Assembly: GCA_012964335.1 (NCBI GenBank)
Contig: DTUF01000033.1
Location: 27,306 to 91,305, forward strand
Length of the DNA: 64,000 nucleotides
Reading direction: 5' to 3'
DNA from: Candidatus Poseidoniales archaeon
Lineage (GTDB): Archaea; Thermoplasmatota; Poseidoniia; Poseidoniales; Thalassarchaeaceae
Positions 37,657 to 45,744 of this stretch are shown here, in pieces. Both the position numbers and the translations under genes were made by a program. The first letter of the stretch is position 1; every line of letters begins with the position of its first letter. The notes below the pieces were generated by a model, which was given only the letters and a program-made list of their open reading frames with translations, did no database searches and was not told where the DNA came from.

Positions 37657-38653
37657 GAGACTGTACATCGGGATAGATTTGGGAACTTTTCAATCGACGA
37701 TTTCTGCGTCGAATGGAACGAGTGAAAGTGTATTGACAGTGGTTGGGAAACCTAAGGATCCCATCGCTCGTAACTTCTTGAAAAGAGATACTCTGTTTGG
37801 AAGCGAGGCTTTGAAAAATAAGTTGGCTTGTAATTTGTATTACCCTCTTTCAGCAGGAGTGGCACAAGATGATGAAAACAATTTGGCAGCGGCAAAATCG
37901 TTTGTTACGCACTTAGTTGAAGCAGTTGACCCCGAAGAATTCGATGAGGTTTTTGGTGTAATTTGTTCGCCATCTCATATTTCATTTGTTGACAAGAGCA
38001 ATTTAGTAAGTATTCTACGTGGTCAAGTTAACGCAATTATGGTTGTTAGCGAGCCATTTGCAGTTGCGTTCGGGCTTGATGAAATTGGGGGAAGTATTGT
38101 TGTTGACATCGGCGCGGGAACAACTGATGTTGCTCGTATCTATGGAACATTCCCTAGTGAAGAAGACCAAGTTACAATCTCAGAAGCTGGAGATTGGATT
38201 GATAATCGTTTGATGGAACTGGTTGCTAAGAAATTCACTGGTGCTCAATTAACAAAAGACATGGTTCGCCAATGGAAAGAAGCAGGGTCATATGTTGGTG
38301 GAGATGAAAAAGAACAGATGGTTGAACTTTCTGTTGATGGAAAGAAGCAAGTTGTTGATGTTGGAGATTTAGTTCAAATCGCATGTGAAGAATTAATACC
38401 ACATATTGTAAGGACTGTGAAGGGAATTGTGGCAGGTGCTGATCCCGAGTATCAATCATTACTTCGTAACAACATCATTCTCTCTGGTGGTGGTTCATTA
38501 ATTGGTGGTTTAGCCGACCGCGTGGCTGATGAACTAGCAGATATTGGTGATGTGCGTGTTTGGTGCGCTGATGACCCAATGATAAGAGTGGCTGATGGTG
38601 CGTTAAAACTGTCAATGGTGATGCCAGACGACCAATATACAGCAATCAGTTAA
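37649..38653 (+). CDS. Actin-superfamily filament ATPase, MamK/MreB-like.
   Basis: Actin motifs IGIDLGT (phosphate 1), VVSEPFAVAFGLD (connect 1), VVDIGAGTTD (phosphate 2), IILSGGGSLIGGL (adenosine) and DPMIRVADGA (connect 2). GGTGAT lies 4 nt upstream of ATG 37649, and that ATG overlaps the protease stop as ATGAGTGA. Confidence 0.85.
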   Translation: MSERLYIGIDLGTFQSTISASNGTSESVLTVVGKPKDPIARNFLKRDTLFGSEALKNKLACNLYYPLSAGVAQDDENNLAAAKSFVTHLVEAVDPEEFDEVFGVICSPSHISFVDKSNLVSILRGQVNAIMVVSEPFAVAFGLDEIGGSIVVDIGAGTTDVARIYGTFPSEEDQVTISEAGDWIDNRLMELVAKKFTGAQLTKDMVRQWKEAGSYVGGDEKEQMVELSVDGKKQVVDVGDLVQIACEELIPHIVRTVKGIVAGADPEYQSLLRNNIILSGGGSLIGGLADRVADELADIGDVRVWCADDPMIRVADGALKLSMVMPDDQYTAIS

Positions 38654-38758
38654 TGCTAATTCGGTGACCTTGAAAAGGGTTCAAGAATGACTCGCTTTGA
38701 CTAATGCCAAGGTGAAAGTTCAAGAATGGTTCTCTCGCGATAGGGTATTTGATTGAGT

Positions 38759-39925
38759 ATGGGGCCAGCGAAGACCACTAATGGAAAAGCTACTGCAGGG
38801 AATGATATAGACCGTGCGGCATTGGCAGGAATGCTGTCTGGATATGGGCCAGAACAACTTGTTGATGAAGTAATTACTGCTTGGGAGGAATTGGCTTCTG
38901 CAAACAAAGAATTAGCAAATTCAAACCAAAGAAACAGAGTGATAGAACTAGATTTGTCTGAACGAGAAGAATTGGGTGCACCAGACCGGGCTCGTTTAAT
39001 GAAAGTAGATGAAGATCTAAGAGATAGAGAAGCAAGAATTATTCATCTCGAAAGAATGCTTGATGATACAAGAAGGGAAAAAGAAGCAATTGCTAATTCA
39101 GTGGGAGCGATTAGAATTGACGAATTGGAACGGAATGAGAATGACCTTTCAGAAAAAGTAGAATCACAAACAAATATAATTGGTGAATTAGAAGCGAAAT
39201 TAGACCAATTAGTAGATGCATTGGAAAAGGCTGCTGAAGCTGGTTTAACTTCAATTACTGCTGATGAAGTCAGACACCTAAATCATGAATTAGAAGATGC
39301 ACATCGTAAAATTGAAGCTGAGCAAATAGAAAACAACACTGTTGCAGAAGAGAGAGACAAACTTAGAGAAATGGTAACACAAACTAAGTCTTTGTTGGAG
39401 CAAAGAGATCTCCGCCTGAAAGAATTGGATGGGCAAATGCAGAGAATGATGGATGGGCCTCGCTCTATTTCTGCAGAACATGATTATCTTGTCGAGCAAA
39501 TTGAAGAATTAAAACGACGCTTACTTGAAAGAAACAGAGAGTATGAAGCTCTTCGAAGGAGAGAGAGGAGATTGCATAGGGATGTCTTTGAGCGAGATGA
39601 AAGAATTCAACAAATGCAACTCACGATTAGTGATATTGAAGGTGGTTTGTCAGATCGCACAGCAGAACTGAAAAGTTTAGAAGAAGTTTATGAGAAAATG
39701 GCAGCTGAAGTTGATGGGTTGCGTAAATCTGAAAGAACTAGGGGTGTAGTTAGTGGTGCATTCCAAGATTCTCTTGGTGTTTTGCGAACACATGAACAAA
39801 GTAAAGCAAGACGTGAGGGGTTAGGAATTGATGTTGATGACTCAATACCAGAACCGGGGGAAGGAAGTTCACCTGGTGGTTCTGCTGCACCTGCTCTGAA
39901 AGATATTGATGAACTTGATGAATAA
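38759..39925 (+). CDS. Long coiled-coil protein (~389 aa), hypothetical.
   Basis: Almost entirely charged, heptad-like sequence rich in E, R, L and K (e.g. LRDREARIIHLERMLDDTRREKEA, KLDQLVDALEKAAEAG), with an acidic tail DIDELDE. No enzymatic motif. Confidence 0.75.
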   Translation: MGPAKTTNGKATAGNDIDRAALAGMLSGYGPEQLVDEVITAWEELASANKELANSNQRNRVIELDLSEREELGAPDRARLMKVDEDLRDREARIIHLERMLDDTRREKEAIANSVGAIRIDELERNENDLSEKVESQTNIIGELEAKLDQLVDALEKAAEAGLTSITADEVRHLNHELEDAHRKIEAEQIENNTVAEERDKLREMVTQTKSLLEQRDLRLKELDGQMQRMMDGPRSISAEHDYLVEQIEELKRRLLERNREYEALRRRERRLHRDVFERDERIQQMQLTISDIEGGLSDRTAELKSLEEVYEKMAAEVDGLRKSERTRGVVSGAFQDSLGVLRTHEQSKARREGLGIDVDDSIPEPGEGSSPGGSAAPALKDIDELDE

Positions 39926-39966
39926 TTCTAGGTTCGTGACTGACAAAATGTTTGGCGCGAGTTCTT

Positions 39967-40779
39967 TCATGAATTCATTTCTGTGATGAATGTTTGAAGA
40001 GTTGTTTGTAGCTCATGGGAATCTGAAAATCCTTCTGTTAAATTCCCAGTAACTATCCAATCCGCACCAGCATCAACTGCTATGCTCGCTGATTTACCAT
40101 CTCTAATTCCACCACCAACAAGCAGAGTTAGGTTACAAGATTTTCTTACTGCTCTAATTAATTCAGGTGAAACGGGTTGATTAGCACCACTACCCGCTTC
40201 TAAGTAAATTGTAGAAAAACCATAAGATTCGGCACATATTGCATAACTTGTAATAAGTTCAATATCATTTTTTGTGATTAGATTCGCTTCGCCAACTTCG
40301 CCGACCTTACCACCAGGGGCACAAACAACATAACCCATCGAAATTGGAGTTACATTTGCTTGTTTTATCGGGGTTGCGCCTTTTAGTTGCTCTTCAATTA
40401 GAAACTTTGGTGATGTGCTATTCATCAACATCATGAAAGTGATTCCGTCTGCTGCGGGTGAAAATGCATTTGCTGCAGCAGGAAATAAAACCACAGGTAT
40501 TTCCCACATTTCAGAATCTGATGAAGAATCTTGAGAAGCATTCCAAGAACATAATTCGAGGGTTTCTTGAATTGCTTTTACTGTTTCATGGACATTATTG
40601 CTATCAGTTCCTGTTGAACCTCCAACAAATATCATTTTACTTCCAGCAATTACTGCAGCAACACATCTTTTAGCTGCTTCTTCACTAGTTTGAGAATCTG
40701 GATCAATCAAAATAATATGTCTAGCAACACTAGAAGTGTGAACATAGTTTAACAAATCAGACCCCTCTGAAGACCACAT
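39967..40779 (-). CDS. Geranylgeranylglyceryl phosphate synthase (PcrB/GGGPS family).
   Basis: ILIDPD, IFVGGSTG, IYLEAGSGA, and LLVGGGIRDGKSASIAVDAGADWIVTGN. Confidence 0.8.
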   Translation of the reverse strand: MWSSEGSDLLNYVHTSSVARHIILIDPDSQTSEEAAKRCVAAVIAGSKMIFVGGSTGTDSNNVHETVKAIQETLELCSWNASQDSSSDSEMWEIPVVLFPAAANAFSPAADGITFMMLMNSTSPKFLIEEQLKGATPIKQANVTPISMGYVVCAPGGKVGEVGEANLITKNDIELITSYAICAESYGFSTIYLEAGSGANQPVSPELIRAVRKSCNLTLLVGGGIRDGKSASIAVDAGADWIVTGNLTEGFSDSHELQTTLQTFITEMNS

Positions 40780-40812
40780 TAGACCATCCGAGGGGTGGCT
40801 TGTCCTTTTGCA

Positions 40813-41448
40813 TTACCCATTAGAATAAACGTTTGAAATTTTTTCAAAATTCTTTTTCGCTAATTCAAGAGAAAAATCTATTCCATTTTCAGTGATAATT
40901 GATGATGATGAGTCGAGTATTTGTAATATATTAAAATCAGTGGGTAAATTTTCATACCACCCCTCCCAAGTACCATCGTTTCTTTGCCAACCTCTTTCTT
41001 GGGGAGAATTGGAAACAACACCAATAAGAGTTGATTTTGATTCTATTCGACAATCAATTACAATATCACCTTCCCATATTGAAGAACGACCCCCAACTCC
41101 TACAAGAGTAAGAGATGTTTTGGTTTGAGAAACAACTGTTGTTCGAACATCAATTGTAATATCTTTACTTACTAAAGAAAGTGCTAGATCTTTTTCTAAC
41201 CAATCACGTCTAAAAGCTAAACCAAACTCTTGATTTAATTTTGGTAAAAATGTAGGGGATGTTAGCCAGGTATCTAATATTTCAACCCATTTTTTATGAT
41301 TTTCTAGTAATCCAGAGCCTGAACAAGGAAAACCAATTTCTGCTCTCTCTTCTACAATATAAATAGAATAATCATCATGATATTTTTCATGTAATAAATG
41401 AGCAAGGCCAAGCCCAAATATATTGGCTCCGATAATTGCAATTTTCAT
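40813..41448 (-). CDS. Hypothetical protein with a degenerate Rossmann-like N-terminus (weakly like the N-terminal half of geranylgeranyl reductase).
   Basis: MKIAIIGANIFGLGLAHLL...IYIVEE. There is no full GxGxxG motif and the protein is only 211 aa. Confidence 0.55.
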   Translation of the reverse strand: MKIAIIGANIFGLGLAHLLHEKYHDDYSIYIVEERAEIGFPCSGSGLLENHKKWVEILDTWLTSPTFLPKLNQEFGLAFRRDWLEKDLALSLVSKDITIDVRTTVVSQTKTSLTLVGVGGRSSIWEGDIVIDCRIESKSTLIGVVSNSPQERGWQRNDGTWEGWYENLPTDFNILQILDSSSSIITENGIDFSLELAKKNFEKISNVYSNG

Positions 41449-41455
41449 TTTCTCA

Positions 41456-41695
41456 CTAAACCTTCTCTAAAGATAATGCAAATACAGGACAGGAGGGGAT
41501 ACAAAGTTCACAATGTGTACATGTAGGTTCATCTACGATCACGAGAAGTTCATCCAAAATTAATGCATCAACTGGACATAGTGCAATACAAGCTGCACAG
41601 CCAAAACAACGTGTTTCATCAACAACAAACAGTGTGTCTGGTATACGTGCCACATGTAGTCGAAGCGACACTGCACTTTCAATGATGTTACCCAC
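41456..41695 (-). CDS. fdx: 2x[4Fe-4S] ferredoxin.
   Basis: CFGCAACIALCP and CTHCELCIPSCP clusters. GTG start. Confidence 0.8.
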   Translation of the reverse strand: MGNIIESAVSLRLHVARIPDTLFVVDETRCFGCAACIALCPVDALILDELLVIVDEPTCTHCELCIPSCPVFALSLEKV

Positions 41696-41904
41696 CCCTA
41701 TATTTCCACTGCAACACTAAGAAAAGAAAAGCAACACAAGATTTAGTATGTAAATTAGTGTGAAAAGCAATACGTGTTCAAGTCAGGTCGCGGACAGAAC
41801 ATAATAGTTAGTAAGAGAAATAATTAAAATTTATATTTCCTAAATTGGCTTTTTAATTTTCTACTGGAAAGGAAGGGGGCTCAACCCATTATTACCCAAG
41901 GTTG

Positions 41905-43251
41905 ATGACACATTGGAGTCACGGGAAAATCGTTCATATGGTTCTCTACACACCAGGTTCAACTACCAATTATGATTCGAGTCCTATTGAAGAAGGAAAA
42001 TTTCGTTATCATTTTCTTGGTGGAGGTCCAGAAGTTGGTAATGTTGGCTGTATTCTTGAAGATAGTTCTGGAACTCGTTTACAAATTGATTATGGTTTTG
42101 TACCTAAAAAACCACCAACTTATCCTGAAGAAGGTCCTCCGGTTTCTGATGTAATTTTAACACATTCACATATTGATCATGTTGGTCTTGCTCCGTGGGT
42201 TGTTGCTTCTCATGGAGCAAAGTTACATTGTACAGAGTTAACAGCTGATGTCCTTGAAATGATTTGGAGAGATACTTACAAAGTGAGTTCAATAGAAGGA
42301 CAACCACTGCCTTGGGATAAAAGAGATTTAGAAGAAGCTCTAGACCAAATTGTCACCCATCCTTTTGATGAATGGGTTGAACATGGTGATTGGAAATGGC
42401 GTTTTTTACCTGCAGGACACATTCCTGGTGCTGCAATGGTAGAGATTCAATTAGGCGAACGGAATATTTTATGGTCTGGTGATATTGATACAAGAACGTC
42501 ACCTTGTGTTGTGGGTGCTAAACCTATAAAAAGTGATATTTTATTTCTTGAATCAACTTATGCTGGTAGAGAACAACCTGATCGTGAATCAGAGGTACAA
42601 CGTTTTCTTGAGAGAGTTGTAGAAGTTGTTGAAAGAGGAGGTACATGTCTAATTCCATCTTTTGCTAATGGGAGAGGGCAAGATATGCTCAGATATCTTT
42701 GGGAAAGCAATCTTGATTTGGATGTTCATTATGATGGTATGGGGAAACGCATACTCAATCATTACCTCAATCACCCAGATTATATTAGAGATGTAGACGT
42801 ATTTAGAAAAATTAAGCGGTGGGCACGATTAGTGTCCAGTAAATCTGATCGTAAAAAAGCGATTAATGCAGATGTTATTGTAACTACTAGTGGGATGTTA
42901 GATGGGGGTCCTGCACATTGGTATCTTAATCGATTGAGACATGACCAAAGAAATGCAATATTACTCACAGGGTATCAAGCTGAAGGAAGTGGTGGTCGCC
43001 AAATGCTTGATGATTCACGATTGAAAATTTTTGGGAAACTAGTTGATATTAATTTAGAAGTAGACCAATTTTCTTTCTCTAATCACGCTGATAATCCTCT
43101 TCTTGTTGATTTTGCAAAACAAGTTTGCGCAGATGATGTAATATTATTTCATGGGAATCGAGATGATGGCCAAGAATTATTAAAAAATGAGTTAGAAAAT
43201 GAGGGAATGACCATCCATCAACCTGAAAACTGCCAATCATATTTACTATAG
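41905..43251 (+). CDS. Metallo-beta-lactamase/beta-CASP ribonuclease (short aCPSF2/RNase J-like).
   Basis: ILTHSHIDHVG (HxHxDH), GDIDT, and ESTYAGR. The size and layout fit beta-CASP proteins that lack KH domains. Confidence 0.75.
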   Translation: MTHWSHGKIVHMVLYTPGSTTNYDSSPIEEGKFRYHFLGGGPEVGNVGCILEDSSGTRLQIDYGFVPKKPPTYPEEGPPVSDVILTHSHIDHVGLAPWVVASHGAKLHCTELTADVLEMIWRDTYKVSSIEGQPLPWDKRDLEEALDQIVTHPFDEWVEHGDWKWRFLPAGHIPGAAMVEIQLGERNILWSGDIDTRTSPCVVGAKPIKSDILFLESTYAGREQPDRESEVQRFLERVVEVVERGGTCLIPSFANGRGQDMLRYLWESNLDLDVHYDGMGKRILNHYLNHPDYIRDVDVFRKIKRWARLVSSKSDRKKAINADVIVTTSGMLDGGPAHWYLNRLRHDQRNAILLTGYQAEGSGGRQMLDDSRLKIFGKLVDINLEVDQFSFSNHADNPLLVDFAKQVCADDVILFHGNRDDGQELLKNELENEGMTIHQPENCQSYLL

Positions 43252-43305
43252 AATCAATCACTCTTTCTATGCCAATTATCTAATAGGATAGGCTGTGTGC
43301 AGTAA

Positions 43306-43620
43306 ATGGTTAACATGGCAAAGAAACCAACAGGGAAGAAGGCAGGCAAACCAAAACGCCGCCGACGCCGAAAGATGAAACTTACTCTTCGTAGTAAAAA
43401 AATGAGAGGTAAAGAGAGTTACAAGGATAAAGTGGGTTGGTCAACTCAAAACACTGGTAGAGTTCTTGATGGTGGTTCTGATATTGAAGAAGTGACGGAA
43501 GTTGAACATCAATGCAGTTTGTGTGGCTCAATGAATAGAATTCCGCGACCAAAGACAGACAAGTACAAGGTTTTGTGTGCTCACCCAGAATGTGGTCATG
43601 AAGATGTAGTTGGTTTCTAA
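43306..43620 (+). CDS. Small protein with a basic N-terminus and a C-terminal zinc ribbon, hypothetical.
   Basis: KKPTGKKAGKPKRRRRRKMK followed by CSLCGS...CAHPECGH. Confidence 0.5.
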   Translation: MVNMAKKPTGKKAGKPKRRRRRKMKLTLRSKKMRGKESYKDKVGWSTQNTGRVLDGGSDIEEVTEVEHQCSLCGSMNRIPRPKTDKYKVLCAHPECGHEDVVGF

Positions 43621-44408
43621 AATAATAGAATCAATAAACTAAATATTCGTTTGGTTGCAGCAACTAGTATTACTATTACTAGTAATTTTTGAATCGTAGA
43701 TTGTGATGAAATTTTGGAGCCATAAAAAGATCCAATAAAACCACCAATTAATACAACTAATGCAAAAGAAAACAATATTTCTAAATCTAAATCTAATTGT
43801 CCCGAGAATCCCGCTCCAGCCAATCCAGCAATTGAATTTACCCAAATAAAAACCGCAGATGTAGCTGCAACTTTTTTTGGTGTTGCCCACCTTTTCAAAA
43901 GAACAATTGGTGAAAGGAAAATTCCACCTCCAACCCCAACAATCCCACTTACTAAACCAATTCCAACACCCCATGGAATTGCTTGTTGAAATGTTGGTAT
44001 TGTTGTTTTTTCTTTTTCATCAAATGACATAGTACCATACAATTTCCAAGCAGCTAACACTAAAGTTAGTGAAAGTAGTAAATCATATGCAGCCCCATCA
44101 ATAAACAAATACCCCCCAATAAATGCCATTGGTATACTTGCAATAACAAATGGCATAGTTAATTTAATATCATGAAAACCCTCTTTTCTATAATAATAAA
44201 AAGCAAGACTTGCCACTATGATATTTAAGAACCAGGCGTGTTGTTTTAGCCAAGCACTTTCCATTAACCCATATGATGTTAAAGACATAATTGCAAGATA
44301 ACCAGACGCCCCTCCATGTCCTACACTAGAGTATAATATAGCCATAATAAAAAGGCCAATTAACAAAAAGGTAAATTCAACACCACTCACGTCTTCCCCT
44401 CCCGTCAA
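43617..44408 (-). CDS. TauE/SafE (TSUP, DUF81) family anion exporter.
   Basis: Multi-pass membrane protein with GHGGASGYLAIMSL and GVGGGIFLSPIVLL repeats. Confidence 0.75.
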   Translation of the reverse strand: MTGGEDVSGVEFTFLLIGLFIMAILYSSVGHGGASGYLAIMSLTSYGLMESAWLKQHAWFLNIIVASLAFYYYRKEGFHDIKLTMPFVIASIPMAFIGGYLFIDGAAYDLLLSLTLVLAAWKLYGTMSFDEKEKTTIPTFQQAIPWGVGIGLVSGIVGVGGGIFLSPIVLLKRWATPKKVAATSAVFIWVNSIAGLAGAGFSGQLDLDLEILFSFALVVLIGGFIGSFYGSKISSQSTIQKLLVIVILVAATKRIFSLLILLF

Positions 44409-44463
44409 TTATTTTTGATATGTTCGGCGACTAACTCAAGGCCAACTACACGCTCGCAGAACC

Positions 44464-45672
44464 ATGGAGGTGGGCGTGTCTATTGAACGAGCGATTGAAT
44501 TAGCCAATGAAATCCCTCTTTTATTTGGGACAGAAATCCAATCCCTCGCAGATGCTCATGATGTGGTGTTAGCTAAATCATTAGAGTCAATGGTCGATGA
44601 TCCACGGTTCGATAATTCGGCAATGGATGGTTGGGCAGTGAAAGAAGCGGATTGCACAAATTCCAATTCTAAATTAGAAATTATTGGCACTATTCAAGCT
44701 GGGAGTTCAGAAGAAATAGAAGTAAAACATGGCCAAGCATGTCGTATAATGACTGGTGCACCAATACCACCAGGCGCAGATTCAATCGTTATGATAGAGG
44801 ATAGCGTTGTCATGGATGGATATGTTACTATCAACGGTCCCGCTCGCCCTCATTTCATAAGGAAGCAAGGAGAAAACATAACTGCAGGTGAAGTTGGTTT
44901 ACAATCTGGTTCAAAGTTAAAACCAGCACATTTAGCGATGGTTGCAATGATGGGATACGCGGAAATCCCTGTTATCAAACCACCAAAAATTGCGATTATA
45001 GGAACTGGTGATGAATTAGTAGAACCAGGTCAGCCCTTACAATCCGGCCAAATTTATGAATCAAATACAACGGCTTTAGTGGGTTTAGTTTCGGAAATTG
45101 GTTGTGAACCAGTCAAATATCCATTTGTTACTGATGATTTAGATGGTCTAAGAAAGACATTTGATTTGGCCGCATCAGAATGTGATGCAATTCTCACAAG
45201 TGGTGGTGTGAGTATGGGTGAATGGGATTTAGTCCGTCGTTTGATGGAAGAAGAAGGAGAAGTAAAATTCTGGAGAGTTCTAATCAAACCAGGGGGCCCA
45301 CTGTTGTTTGGTTCTTGGAAAGGTACACCTCTTTTTGGTTTACCAGGCAATCCAGTAAGTAGTCAAATTGTATTTCTCTCTATTGTGGTTCCATGGATTT
45401 CTAATTCATGTGGATATCATCCAACCCATGGTCCGAAATTGTATGATAAAGTTAGAGTAAAATTGTTGTCAGCAGCAGCGGGTACAAAGAGTAAAGTCAC
45501 ATTACGCAGGATTCAAATTATAGAGCAGGGTAACATTCTTGTTGGTGATGTCCCCAAAAATCAAGGTAGTGGTAATTTACGAAGTATGGTTAATTGTAAT
45601 GGCTTGACTTTTCTTCCAATTGGTGTTGATGGTAAATCGGGCGACATTATTGATGCGCTTTGGTTGAGATGA
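44464..45672 (+). CDS. moeA: Molybdopterin molybdenumtransferase.
   Basis: NSAMDGWAV, IMTGAPIPPGADSIVMIED, IGTGDELVEPG, TSGGVSMGEWD, IKPGGPLLFG and GLPGNPVSS. Confidence 0.88.
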   Translation: MEVGVSIERAIELANEIPLLFGTEIQSLADAHDVVLAKSLESMVDDPRFDNSAMDGWAVKEADCTNSNSKLEIIGTIQAGSSEEIEVKHGQACRIMTGAPIPPGADSIVMIEDSVVMDGYVTINGPARPHFIRKQGENITAGEVGLQSGSKLKPAHLAMVAMMGYAEIPVIKPPKIAIIGTGDELVEPGQPLQSGQIYESNTTALVGLVSEIGCEPVKYPFVTDDLDGLRKTFDLAASECDAILTSGGVSMGEWDLVRRLMEEEGEVKFWRVLIKPGGPLLFGSWKGTPLFGLPGNPVSSQIVFLSIVVPWISNSCGYHPTHGPKLYDKVRVKLLSAAAGTKSKVTLRRIQIIEQGNILVGDVPKNQGSGNLRSMVNCNGLTFLPIGVDGKSGDIIDALWLR

Positions 45673-45744
45673 CACCCACTATATCCTACAAACCATCAAT
45701 TCAAGAACGGTGAACTCGCGCTTGCAATTAGCGGAGGTGTGTAA

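Noticed and set aside
41696-41904. 209-nt AT-rich divergent intergenic region, examined for ncRNA, C/D-box sRNA or a small ORF.
   Set aside because: I found only TATA-like strings (e.g. AAATTTATATTT at 41826-41837 and AAATATA near 41701-41707), consistent with two divergent promoters. There are no convincing C/D boxes, stems or ORFs.
40800-44410. Apparent low-GC patch that might be a horizontally acquired islet.
   Set aside because: This rests only on hand counts of single 60-nt lines: 17/60 G+C at 40801-40860 and 15/60 at 43621-43680, against 26/60 at 45001-45060 and 25/60 at 40021-40080. The beta-CASP gene between them is intermediate (22-24/60 in two lines). The lowest stretches are an AT-rich coding stretch of the 211-aa ORF and a very hydrophobic transporter. 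No integrase, tRNA-bounded repeats or mobile genes are present, so there is not enough evidence to call an island without a proper sliding-window analysis.
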